A stretch of 32,000 bases of DNA, from assembly GCA_046497275.1 (NCBI GenBank), contig JAWOFX010000052.1, forward strand, positions 818 to 32,817, given 5' to 3'. The translations under genes were made by a program, and so were the position numbers. The notes beneath the pieces were generated by a model. It was not told the origin of the DNA. It saw only the letters and a list, made by a program, of their open reading frames with translations, and did no database searches. Source of the DNA: Promethearchaeia archaeon (lineage in GTDB: Archaea > Asgardarchaeota > Lokiarchaeia > Sigyniarchaeales > SOKP01). Shown here piece after piece: positions 9,015 through 17,984 of the stretch. Each line of letters opens with the position of its first letter. Positions within the stretch are counted from its first letter, which is position 1.

Positions 9015-10394
9015 ATGGTAAAAATAAAAAGGAATAATCAAAGGTTGAAATCCCTTTCCGAATTTGCTTTAATATTGATATTTACAGGAGTTTTTCTATT
9101 AGAGTTAAATATCATTCAAATTTATGGAGATACAAATAATAATTCACAGATAAAAGGATCTGGGGCTCAAGTAGAATTTGATATAATATGGAATAATGCT
9201 TATGGTGGTCCAGGAATAGAGTATAGTGAATCAATTATTAGAACTAGTGATAGTGGATATGCCTTATTAGGAAGGACAAATAGTACTCCATCAGGAGATT
9301 ATGATCTATTTATCCTTAAAACAGATAATAATGGAAATCAACTATGGAATTTAACGCTCGGAAATCCATTTGATGATGTTGGATATCAAATAGTAGAATG
9401 CCCTAATTCAGATCTAGTTATTTTAGGGGATCAACAATATAATAGTAATGATTGGGCTTACGATGTATATTTAGCTAGAATAGATAATACAGGTACTATT
9501 TTACGATGGAATTACACGTTTGGGAGTTCAAATAGCCAAGAGTTGGGACGATCATTATTTCTAACAAATAATAGTCATTTTTTAATAGGAGGAGTCTATC
9601 CTATAAGTGGTTTAGAATCAGAGTTATGGTTAATCAGAACAAATTCTTTTGGAGCTCATTTATGGAATAAAACTTATGGAGGGAATGAAACGGATCGTAT
9701 TTTTCAAAATAATTTAGTTTTAGAATGTGATAATGGGGATATAGTAATGGGAGGATATACCATAAGTTTTGGTTCTGGTCAATCTGATGTGTGGTTAATT
9801 AAAACGGATTCATTTGGAAACATTATTTGGAATAAAACCTATGGAGGGAGTGAATTGGACAGACCTCAAATGATCTCGGAATGTGAAGATGGAGGTTTTA
9901 TTGTATGTGCCAATACCAATAGTTACGGTCAAGGAGATCTGGATTTATGGGTTATAAAAACCGATTCACTTGGAACCCCAATTTGGAATATGACATTGGG
10001 AGGAGAAACATGTGATGAAGGTAGATCGATTATAGAAATGGATGACGGTGGATTTTTAATATCTGGTTCGACCACTAAATTTGGTTCTGGCAATGGAGGA
10101 CTTTGGTTAGTGAAAGTAGATCAATCTGGAGATTTTTTATGGGAAACAGGGTTTGGTGAATCACAGGGAGAATTATGCAAGTCTATGTGTTTGGAAAATC
10201 AAACATGTTTGGTATTTACGGGGAAAACGGAAAAAAATGGAAATGAAGATGTTTGGTTAATAAAAATCAATTTAAACCTTATAGAATCTGGTGAAAATGG
10301 AATTCCGGGATATTGCTTATTAGGTTTCTCACTAATTTTAGCTATACTTTTTATAACACAAAAAGTAAAAAATTTAACCCACTTTAAAGATTAA
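9015..10394 (+). CDS. secreted, membrane-anchored seven-repeat beta-propeller-like protein with IPGY C-terminal sorting signal
   Basis: N-terminal hydrophobic signal, seven W(N/E)xx(Y/L/F)G repeats, many N-x-T sequons, C-terminal IPGY + TM helix + basic tail. Confidence 0.75.
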   Translation: MVKIKRNNQRLKSLSEFALILIFTGVFLLELNIIQIYGDTNNNSQIKGSGAQVEFDIIWNNAYGGPGIEYSESIIRTSDSGYALLGRTNSTPSGDYDLFILKTDNNGNQLWNLTLGNPFDDVGYQIVECPNSDLVILGDQQYNSNDWAYDVYLARIDNTGTILRWNYTFGSSNSQELGRSLFLTNNSHFLIGGVYPISGLESELWLIRTNSFGAHLWNKTYGGNETDRIFQNNLVLECDNGDIVMGGYTISFGSGQSDVWLIKTDSFGNIIWNKTYGGSELDRPQMISECEDGGFIVCANTNSYGQGDLDLWVIKTDSLGTPIWNMTLGGETCDEGRSIIEMDDGGFLISGSTTKFGSGNGGLWLVKVDQSGDFLWETGFGESQGELCKSMCLENQTCLVFTGKTEKNGNEDVWLIKINLNLIESGENGIPGYCLLGFSLILAILFITQKVKNLTHFKD

Positions 10395-10474
10395 ATAAAA
10401 AGAGAACTAACATGTTTTACATCGTATAAGTAAAATGATGAATCTTTTTTTATTATTTGAAGGTATGATTAAAT

Positions 10475-11245
10475 TTAGTATGTGTTTGGATTGTTAAATT
10501 CCAAATTTGTAATTTTTGCTCTAATATAGCAATATTCTTGAGTTTCTAAATCCCAGCATACTTTAAACCTCGTAGGGACTAAGATTCCATCTAATTTCTT
10601 GTAATCATACCAATATCCGTGCCAATCTTGAAGAGTTATCTCATCTTTATCAGTATAATATCTTTTAGTAGAAAATTCCTCTATAAAACCAGATTCATTA
10701 AATATTAGATTTCCAGAAATTTCAAGCTCTTTTTGGATTAATTTGATCTCTAGGGTTTTCTCATTTATAATTTTCCACTTAATTTTCTCATTTAGAAAGA
10801 ATGAAGGATACCATGTCATCTCACCAAGAAATCTCAAGAATTCTCCTTCGTCTAATTTTGGACCTGATTCATCTACAACGGTAATTAAATTAAATAATTT
10901 TGCATTTAAACTTCCGATTCTATTTACAAATTCATCAATTACATGAAAATTAATTAAAGGAACCATCTTTATTTTCGTATACCATAAAAAAGACATATTT
11001 TCAGTATTAATGTACTGTTCAGCGGTGAAGGATTTCCATTTCGAATTCGGATTAAGCTTGAACTCTCCTTTCTGTTTTAATCGTACTCTTTTAATTTCTT
11101 TTGTTCCTGAAATTCCTATTTTTCTTAAATATATTTGAAGAAGTGGTGGTAAATTTTCTATATCAGATTCTGATATTCTTTCAGGGCTGATTTCCAAGGG
11201 TTTCTTATAAAATTCGTCAACTTTTTCGTACACAAGTTTGTTCAT
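10475..11245 (-). CDS. DUF6544/DUF6920-like protein
   Basis: LPPLLQIYL, VRLKQKGEF, WKSFTAEQY, GEFLRFLGEMTWYP pattern recognised from this family. Confidence 0.65.
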   Translation of the reverse strand: MNKLVYEKVDEFYKKPLEISPERISESDIENLPPLLQIYLRKIGISGTKEIKRVRLKQKGEFKLNPNSKWKSFTAEQYINTENMSFLWYTKIKMVPLINFHVIDEFVNRIGSLNAKLFNLITVVDESGPKLDEGEFLRFLGEMTWYPSFFLNEKIKWKIINEKTLEIKLIQKELEISGNLIFNESGFIEEFSTKRYYTDKDEITLQDWHGYWYDYKKLDGILVPTRFKVCWDLETQEYCYIRAKITNLEFNNPNTY

Positions 11246-11463
11246 GGAATCAGATTTTAGAGTTTTTTCTAATAAATATAAAATAATTTTAGATTTGTAA
11301 AAAATGCTTCCTATAAGCTGAACATAGAGAAAATTTCAATAAAATAATTTTTTATCTTTTTAGATAAAGTTCAGTTTTAAAGAATTAAATATTTTCTCGT
11401 CTAATAATAATTTAATTTACATAATTATAAATTGGTGAAAAAAACAAAATGGTGATTATTTAA

Positions 11464-12723
11464 ATGCCACCTAAAGTAGGAATAATAGGTGTGGGTATTA
11501 CGCCCTTTCGAGCGAGATATTTAGATAAAACTTACTTTGAACTAGCTTATGATGCCACAAAGTTGGCTTTAGAAGATGCGAATGAAAATGATGCGAATAT
11601 CACACATAATGATTTAGAAACGACAGTTTATGGAATTTACAATGAGCTATTTGAGCGACAATTTATGCCTGATATCTTCACAAATAGTTATATAGGCATG
11701 AATGATAAACCAGGAACGAGAATTGCCAGCGGAGGGGCAACAGGCGGATATACGGTAAGAATGGCGTACGCAGAAGTGGCTTCAGGGTTGTCTGATCTGT
11801 GTCTTTGTTTAGGCTTAGAGAAATGTAATGATTGCTATGATGAGCAGACGGGTACAACAACTCCTGAGGTACTCAACGCTATTGCTTACTCTGCGGATAT
11901 GACCTATGAATATCCGATGGGTATGATGGCGGCAAGCTCTTATGTGTCAATGGTAAATGCTCATCATGATGAATTTGGTAATCCTACAGAAAAACAAATG
12001 GCGTTAGTAAGTGTAAAAAACCATGGGAATGCGATGAAGAATCCGAAAGCCCAATCCCCAATGGATATAACAGTTCAAGATGTATTAAATTCTAGAATTA
12101 TTTGTTATCCCTTCAAGATGTTAGATTGCTGTCTCTATTCTGAAGCCTCTGCTGCACTTATCTTGGCAAGTGAGGATAAAGTTAAAGAACTCGGAATTGA
12201 TAATCCGATATGGATAACGGGCGTTGGAGCAGCAAATACTGATTGCTTTATCGGAAATCGTGAAGATTTAGGAAGGTTGTATTCAAATATTAATGCTGCG
12301 AAAGCGGCATATAAAATGGCTGGACTAGATTACAATGACATAAAGAATCAAGTTGATTTGGCAGAGCTTCATGATGCATTTTCCGGGCAAGAAGTTATTA
12401 GTTATGAGGAATTAGGCTTTGTTCCGTTCGGAGAAGGTGGTCCTTGGATTGAAAGGAGTTATGAAAAGCCCGGAGAAGGGCCTTGGCTTGAAGGTGAGTT
12501 GCCTTGCTGTCCTTCTGGAGGCCTCATTGGATGTGGTCATGCAGTTGGAGCAACTGGAATAATGTCTACAGGAGAAGCTGCTTTGCAACTTAGAAATGAT
12601 GCGGGAAAACATCAAGTTGAAATTGAGAAAGGAAGGGCAATTGCACATTCAATTGGAGGTCCAGGAGCGGCATATGCGGCGATAATTGTAATGGAAAATG
12701 AGGAGGGGTTGGCGAAAAAATGA
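11464..12723 (+). CDS. SCP2-type thiolase-fold protein lacking the nucleophilic Cys
   Basis: KVGIIGVG, VKNHGNAMKNPKAQ, AELHDAFS, PSGGLIGCGHAVGATG; RIASGGATGG stands where ACASG is expected. Confidence 0.88.
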   Translation: MPPKVGIIGVGITPFRARYLDKTYFELAYDATKLALEDANENDANITHNDLETTVYGIYNELFERQFMPDIFTNSYIGMNDKPGTRIASGGATGGYTVRMAYAEVASGLSDLCLCLGLEKCNDCYDEQTGTTTPEVLNAIAYSADMTYEYPMGMMAASSYVSMVNAHHDEFGNPTEKQMALVSVKNHGNAMKNPKAQSPMDITVQDVLNSRIICYPFKMLDCCLYSEASAALILASEDKVKELGIDNPIWITGVGAANTDCFIGNREDLGRLYSNINAAKAAYKMAGLDYNDIKNQVDLAELHDAFSGQEVISYEELGFVPFGEGGPWIERSYEKPGEGPWLEGELPCCPSGGLIGCGHAVGATGIMSTGEAALQLRNDAGKHQVEIEKGRAIAHSIGGPGAAYAAIIVMENEEGLAKK

Positions 12724-13223
12724 CGGGAGATAATTTTAAAGCCCATGAAATTAGGGACCGAATCCACATAGACTATAAATACACTTATGGTAGCCAAAGC
12801 AAATTCTTTATCGATCTAATGAACGAGAAAAAGTTGCAAGGCACTAAATGTAAAAAATGCGGTAAGATATGGATGCCACCACGGGTCGGTTGTTCAGACT
12901 GTTTTGAAGATACAGAATGGATTGAATTACCCCATACTGGTGAGATTATGGTTTCAACTATCGTATGGTATACAACATCAGATTTTATCCAAAAGATTCC
13001 ATATGGTATCGCTTTTATAAAGCTTGATAATGCAGATACTGGAATGCTCCAAGGAGTTTTCTCGGAAAATTTAGTTCCTTCAAAAATTAGAAAAGGCCAA
13101 CGGGTAAGAGCGGTATTCAAAACAAAAGAAGAGCGTGAAGGAAAAATGACTGATTTCTTCTTTGTACCAGAAGATGAATATGAAACGTGGATTAATCAAC
13201 CCGAATATGAAGGAGGTGAATAA
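12720..13223 (+). CDS. DUF35 Zn-ribbon/OB-fold protein (thiolase/aldolase partner)
   Basis: CKKCG..WMPPRVGCSDC followed by an OB-fold region; ATGA overlap with the thiolase stop. Confidence 0.9.
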   Translation: MTGDNFKAHEIRDRIHIDYKYTYGSQSKFFIDLMNEKKLQGTKCKKCGKIWMPPRVGCSDCFEDTEWIELPHTGEIMVSTIVWYTTSDFIQKIPYGIAFIKLDNADTGMLQGVFSENLVPSKIRKGQRVRAVFKTKEEREGKMTDFFFVPEDEYETWINQPEYEGGE

Positions 13224-13224
13224 A

Positions 13225-13590
13225 ATGGGTGTTGCAAAAGAAAACTTAGAAAAAATTATTGAAAAAGTAAATCAAAATCAGAAAGCAAGAAATGTATTCG
13301 TGACTAATTTAGCTGGAAAAGATGTAAATTGGGATATGAGTTTTCAATTTAAGCTGGATCAAGAAGATCCCTTTTATTTAGAAATAAGTGACAGAATGGG
13401 AAAAATTCATGATGGACAAGCTAAGGATCCAGATATCATTTTGACCGGAGATAATGAAGCAATCGTGAGAATCTGCAACGGAGAAGGGGACTTTACTCAT
13501 GCTATCAGTAGGGAACAAATAACTGTAGAAAAAGGAAAAGTAATGGAAGTTGTGAGATTAACGAGAGCTATTACAACTGCATTAAGATAA
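13225..13590 (+). CDS. SCP2 sterol/lipid-binding domain protein
   Basis: FQFKLDQEDPFYLEI..G, PDIILTG, GKVMEVVRL; SD GGAGGTGA at 13212-13219 supports ATG 13225 rather than 13162. Confidence 0.72.
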   Translation: MGVAKENLEKIIEKVNQNQKARNVFVTNLAGKDVNWDMSFQFKLDQEDPFYLEISDRMGKIHDGQAKDPDIILTGDNEAIVRICNGEGDFTHAISREQITVEKGKVMEVVRLTRAITTALR

Positions 13591-13596
13591 AACTAT

Positions 13597-13622
13597 TTTT
13601 TTTTTAATTTTCGCAATTTTTT
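13597..13622 (+). terminator. oligo-T terminator after thiolase-DUF35-SCP2 operon
   Basis: Long T run immediately after TAA at 13590, consistent with archaeal intrinsic termination. Confidence 0.4.
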
Positions 13623-13649
13623 AAGATCTAAATATTTTAAGGGATTTTT

Positions 13650-14480
13650 ATGAATGGAAAAAGTAATAAGATTAAAGAAGGATCAATTCAAGAAACAATG
13701 TTAGGGCCTTTATGGGCTCGAGCTACATATTCTAAATTATATCCTGATTTATTGAATGATGAAAGGGCAATTCAAATTATAGAAAATGTTAATTATGATT
13801 TCTCTGAGATCAGAGATTTCCTAGGAGAATGGCGTGCTGTTGGATTAATGATTAGAGCACGAAGATTTGATGAAGCTGCACAAAAATATATAGAAAATCA
13901 TCCCTATGCCACAGTTATTAATATTGGAGCGGGACTTGATACTACATTTTCTCGAATCGATAATGAGATGATCAAAATGTATAACATAGATTTACCTGAA
14001 GTTATAACTTATCGTGAAGAATTAATTGAACACAATGAAAGAAATCAAAATATTGGATCCTCCGTTTTTGAAAAAGAATGGATGGATCAAATTGAATATA
14101 CTAAAGAAAAAGGGATATTTTTTATCGCAGGTGGATTTTTATATTATTTTGAAGAAAATAATGTCTCCAATTTCATCGATAGATTAGCTGAGAAATATCC
14201 AAACGGCGAAATCATCTTCGATACGGTTTCATCTTTAGCTGCGAAAATTGTCAATAAAAGAGCAAAAAAGGCCGAATCAGATTTGAGATTTGGGATGACA
14301 ATCGATGATCCTCATGAGCAAATACCAAAATGGTCAGATAAGATTGAGATTAAAGAATGTTTTGTTCTCGGCGATCGTGTATCTTCAAGTAAAAATTGGA
14401 AATTAAAAACCAGAATTATGAATAAGTTTTCAAATTGGTTAAAGACTGCATATATTATTCATCTAAGATTTATTGAATAA
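13650..14480 (+). CDS. class I SAM-dependent methyltransferase, LCM/TcmP (carboxyl O-methyltransferase) family
   Basis: ETMLGPLWARA, RARRFDE, VINIGAGLDT, IDLPEVI, FIAGGFLYYF. Confidence 0.85.
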   Translation: MNGKSNKIKEGSIQETMLGPLWARATYSKLYPDLLNDERAIQIIENVNYDFSEIRDFLGEWRAVGLMIRARRFDEAAQKYIENHPYATVINIGAGLDTTFSRIDNEMIKMYNIDLPEVITYREELIEHNERNQNIGSSVFEKEWMDQIEYTKEKGIFFIAGGFLYYFEENNVSNFIDRLAEKYPNGEIIFDTVSSLAAKIVNKRAKKAESDLRFGMTIDDPHEQIPKWSDKIEIKECFVLGDRVSSSKNWKLKTRIMNKFSNWLKTAYIIHLRFIE

Positions 14481-14676
14481 GTCTATTAACTATGTATTTC
14501 AATTTATTCATCATTTATGCTTTATTTTATTACTAAGTGGTGGTAAATATGTTTTAATTCGGATTTCCAAATTTGCAAAAATAAATTATCAAATTAGAAA
14601 ATCTTTAAATAATAATGGAGAGAATAATATTTTATAATCCAAAGTTTTACAAAAAATAAAAAAGTCAAATACGAAA

Positions 14677-16227
14677 ATGAATCAAAAGTCTTCAGAAGAT
14701 TCCCATGATGAGGAATATGATGTTATTGTTGTTGGAGCGGGATTAGGAGGATTAGGAGCAGCATGTCAACTAGGATTAGCGGATAAAAGAGTGTTATTAT
14801 TAGAAAAGCATAATGTTCCCGGAGGTTTCGCCACTTCATTTGTAAGAGGGAGATTTGAATTTGAAGGGGCTTTACATATGCTAAGTGATATCGGGTCTCC
14901 AGATGATCCAGGGGCACTTTATCGATTTTTTAAGCGAATTGGATTGGTACCAGACCTTATTTCATTTAAAAATATCCCCGAATATTATCGAAGTGTATTC
15001 TATGATGGGTATAATACGGTTATCCCATATGGGATTGAAGAGTATTTTGATAAGTTGCTTGAATTATTTCCAAAGCAAGAAAAAGGAATCAATCAATTCA
15101 AAGAGATATGTATCTCTGTGTGTAAAGGGATTCAATATATTGGTAGTAAAAGAGGGGATGTATCCCAGAAAGAAATTATTAAAAACCACCCTTGGATTGC
15201 TCGAGTAATAGGATTAACGTTACAAGACGTTTATGATAAATGTTTTGATAATAAAAGACTTATTTCAGTAATTTCTCAACCATGGGGATTTTTAGGGCTC
15301 CCACCTTCAAAAGTGAGTGCATACTCTTTCCTTGGAATGACAATGAGCTATTTGGACAAGGGAGGAGCATATCCCGAAGGGAGATCGCACGCTCTCACAA
15401 GTGGAATGGTTAAATGTTTTGAAAAAATGGGAGGAAGAATCCAATTTAATGCACTAGTTAACCGCATTCTTACTAAAAATAATCATGTAGTCGGAGTGGA
15501 ATTATTTAATGGACAGAGATATTTTGCTCAATCTGTAATATCGAATGTAAATCCAATTTGTACTGTAATGAAAATGTTATCTGAAACTTCTATTTCAGAG
15601 GATTATAAGAAGAGAATTTTTGCTCCAGAAATTGGACCCTCTGGTTTTTCTGTCTATATCGGACTCAACGCTCCACCAGAAGAATTAGGATTAAAAGAAC
15701 ATGAAACATTCATAAATTTAGATGATGATCTTGATAGGGCGTATGAAAGCTTTAGGAGAATAGAAGATCCGCGATACATTGTAGCAGCATGTTATAATAA
15801 TATAGATCCAAATATCTCTCCTGAAGGTACATCTCAGTTAGTTCTCACAACCTTACAAATGGGGGATGAATGGCAAACTATAGCTCCCGATCAATATCAT
15901 AAAATAAAAGATAAATATGCTGATAAAATGATTCAAATGGTTGAACATACAATTTTGCCAAATGTTAGAGAATATATTGAAATCGCTGAAATAGCATCAC
16001 CTCTTACTTATTACCGTTATTCTAAAAATTATAATGGAGCGATTTATGGATATCATCAAGACGTTTTAAATAGTCCAATGATGAGACTCAAAAGTAAAAC
16101 ACCAATAAAAGGCCTATATTTAGCAGGTGCATGGACCAATTTTGGTGGCGGTTTTTCTACTGCTATTTTGGGCGGAAGAGTTGCCGCAGGTCTTTATTTA
16201 CATGATAAAAAGGAGGGAAAAATTTAA
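14677..16227 (+). CDS. phytoene desaturase / retinol saturase family FAD-dependent oxidoreductase
   Basis: DVIVVGAGLGGL, LEKHNVPGGFATSFVRGRFEFE, SPLTYYRY..N..GAIYG, IKGLYLAGAWT. Confidence 0.88.
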   Translation: MNQKSSEDSHDEEYDVIVVGAGLGGLGAACQLGLADKRVLLLEKHNVPGGFATSFVRGRFEFEGALHMLSDIGSPDDPGALYRFFKRIGLVPDLISFKNIPEYYRSVFYDGYNTVIPYGIEEYFDKLLELFPKQEKGINQFKEICISVCKGIQYIGSKRGDVSQKEIIKNHPWIARVIGLTLQDVYDKCFDNKRLISVISQPWGFLGLPPSKVSAYSFLGMTMSYLDKGGAYPEGRSHALTSGMVKCFEKMGGRIQFNALVNRILTKNNHVVGVELFNGQRYFAQSVISNVNPICTVMKMLSETSISEDYKKRIFAPEIGPSGFSVYIGLNAPPEELGLKEHETFINLDDDLDRAYESFRRIEDPRYIVAACYNNIDPNISPEGTSQLVLTTLQMGDEWQTIAPDQYHKIKDKYADKMIQMVEHTILPNVREYIEIAEIASPLTYYRYSKNYNGAIYGYHQDVLNSPMMRLKSKTPIKGLYLAGAWTNFGGGFSTAILGGRVAAGLYLHDKKEGKI

Positions 16228-16228
16228 G

Positions 16229-17416
16229 ATGATGGAAGATATTAAGAAATATCGGGAAGCAGAAAAGCTTAAAAAATGGAGTCGAGAAGTTCAAAAAATT
16301 CCACCTTATTTAGATAAATTTGAAGGATTGAATAATAGATTGCATCCCGAAATTCAAGAATTGAAGATAACAAAGATCCAAGAATTATCTCATGATACTA
16401 AATTATATAGATTTGTTTCAGCTAATCCAGACAAACCCTTAGCAATTTTTAGAGCAGGACAATATATAGGAATCACAGTAAATATTAATGGAGTGAGAAC
16501 CGTGCGACCATATTCTATCGTCTCTTCTCCAAATCAGACAGCTTATTATGAATTAGCCATCAGACGGAAAAAAAATGGATTTGTCAGTCCATTCATTTTA
16601 GATAATGCTAAAATTGGTGATATTTTCGAAGCTACTGAACCGTTGGGACAATTTTATTACAATCCGCTCTTTCATGGAAAAGATTTAGTATTTATTGCGG
16701 GTGGCTGTGGAATTACTCCTTTCATTTCAATGATTCGAGATATTATTGAATTGGGAAAACCAATAAATATTGAATTATTATATGGGTGTTTAACTGAGTT
16801 AGATATTTTATTTAGAGAAGAATTGGAAGATATAAGAACGAGAAAACAAAATTTTGAGGTTAAATTTGTGTTATCTGAAGCTCACTCTGAATGGGGTGGA
16901 TTATGTGGATTTATCACTAAGGAGGTCATTTCAAGTAATATTGATAAATATATTGATAAATTTTATTATATCTGTGGAAGTAGAGAGATGTATCAATTTA
17001 TTTTAGAAGAGTTAAACAAATTAGGTGTCCCCCGACATCATATTATCTTTGAGACCTTTGGAGTGCCTGATGATGTTACGAAAATATTAGGTTGGCCCTC
17101 TCACTTAAATTCCTCTGATCTCTTTGAAATCACAATGGAATATTTAGAAAATGGAAAAACTCACACAATCTCATTTAAAGCATCATGTACAGAGCCACTT
17201 TTAAATAGTATAGAGCGTCAAAAAGATATTAACTTAAATATAAAAAGTGGGTGTCGCTCAGGTGTTTGTGCATTATGTAGAACCAAATTAATTTCAGGAG
17301 AAATCTTTTTGCCCCCCGATGTAACCATAAGAGAAATGGATAAAGATTTAGGATATATTCATCCTTGCGTTTCTTATCCTTTAACTGATCTCCATCTAGA
17401 TTTGAAAATGATTTAA
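16229..17416 (+). CDS. FNR-type FAD/NAD(P)-binding reductase with C-terminal [2Fe-2S] ferredoxin (PaaE/KshB/Hcr-like)
   Basis: RPYSIVS, FIAGGCGITPF, YYICGS, CRSGVCALC...CVSYP; AGGAGG at 16211-16216 supports ATG 16229 (or 16232). Confidence 0.9.
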   Translation: MMEDIKKYREAEKLKKWSREVQKIPPYLDKFEGLNNRLHPEIQELKITKIQELSHDTKLYRFVSANPDKPLAIFRAGQYIGITVNINGVRTVRPYSIVSSPNQTAYYELAIRRKKNGFVSPFILDNAKIGDIFEATEPLGQFYYNPLFHGKDLVFIAGGCGITPFISMIRDIIELGKPINIELLYGCLTELDILFREELEDIRTRKQNFEVKFVLSEAHSEWGGLCGFITKEVISSNIDKYIDKFYYICGSREMYQFILEELNKLGVPRHHIIFETFGVPDDVTKILGWPSHLNSSDLFEITMEYLENGKTHTISFKASCTEPLLNSIERQKDINLNIKSGCRSGVCALCRTKLISGEIFLPPDVTIREMDKDLGYIHPCVSYPLTDLHLDLKMI

Positions 17417-17476
17417 AAAAATTAAAAAAATTTTATTTTTGGTTTTTTTTAAAAAATTAGACTGATTCTAAAAAAA

Positions 17477-17884
17477 TTATAAGAATTCAGTGTCGATTTT
17501 CTGTAAAGAATTAACTATCTCTTGAGCTGCTCTTGTCGCTCTCATGAGTTTTGCCATATTTCCTGTTAATTTTAGCTTTCCAGACATTACTCCTTGAATT
17601 GTATCAAGCTCTCCTTTTGCAACCTTAACGAAATTCTCATAAGGACCTGCAAGAATAAATTCTGTTTCGGGATTATCACCCTCTTTGACAAGATGTGTTC
17701 CCGTACACTCACCTTTATGTAGTCCAAGAAAAAACTTTACATCATGGTTTAATGGACCACTTGGTTGTACATGTACTAACATATCTCCCGTCCACCAAGC
17801 CGCAGCCTCTTTATACGCGGGATTATTATTTATCGCGTCACCAAACGCTTCAACCCATTCCTCACTTAGAATTTTTACAGCCAT
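17477..17884 (-). CDS. SCP2 sterol/lipid-binding domain protein
   Basis: ILSEEWVEAF..AIN.NPAY, FILAGPY..F..V..G.LD.IQGVMSGKLKLTGNM. Confidence 0.88.
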   Translation of the reverse strand: MAVKILSEEWVEAFGDAINNNPAYKEAAAWWTGDMLVHVQPSGPLNHDVKFFLGLHKGECTGTHLVKEGDNPETEFILAGPYENFVKVAKGELDTIQGVMSGKLKLTGNMAKLMRATRAAQEIVNSLQKIDTEFL

Positions 17885-17984
17885 TTTATCTCATCTTGAA
17901 AAATATAATTGAAGAAAGTATTGTCTTTAGGATATTTAAAATTTTTGTAAATCTTCATACAACAATAAAAGAAAGAAAAAAAGT

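Noticed and set aside
9663-9849. 22-bp near-identical DNA repeats (9663-9684, 9828-9849) as a possible CRISPR or mobile repeat
   Set aside because: They encode the WNKTYGG protein repeat; there are only two copies and no spacer structure.
11464-13223. Mevalonate-pathway thiolase/DUF35/HMG-CoA synthase complex
   Set aside because: No HMG-CoA synthase is adjacent and the thiolase lacks the catalytic Cys.
13162-13224. N-terminal extension of the SCP2 ORF
   Set aside because: It overlaps the DUF35 gene; GGAGGTGA precedes ATG 13225.
14677-16227. Carotenoid biosynthesis cluster
   Set aside because: No crtB, crtE or cyclase gene is nearby; the family also contains many non-carotenoid enzymes.
16127-16228. 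N-terminal extension of the reductase given by the ORF track
   Set aside because: It overlaps the upstream CDS; the SD and 1-nt spacing point to ATG 16229.
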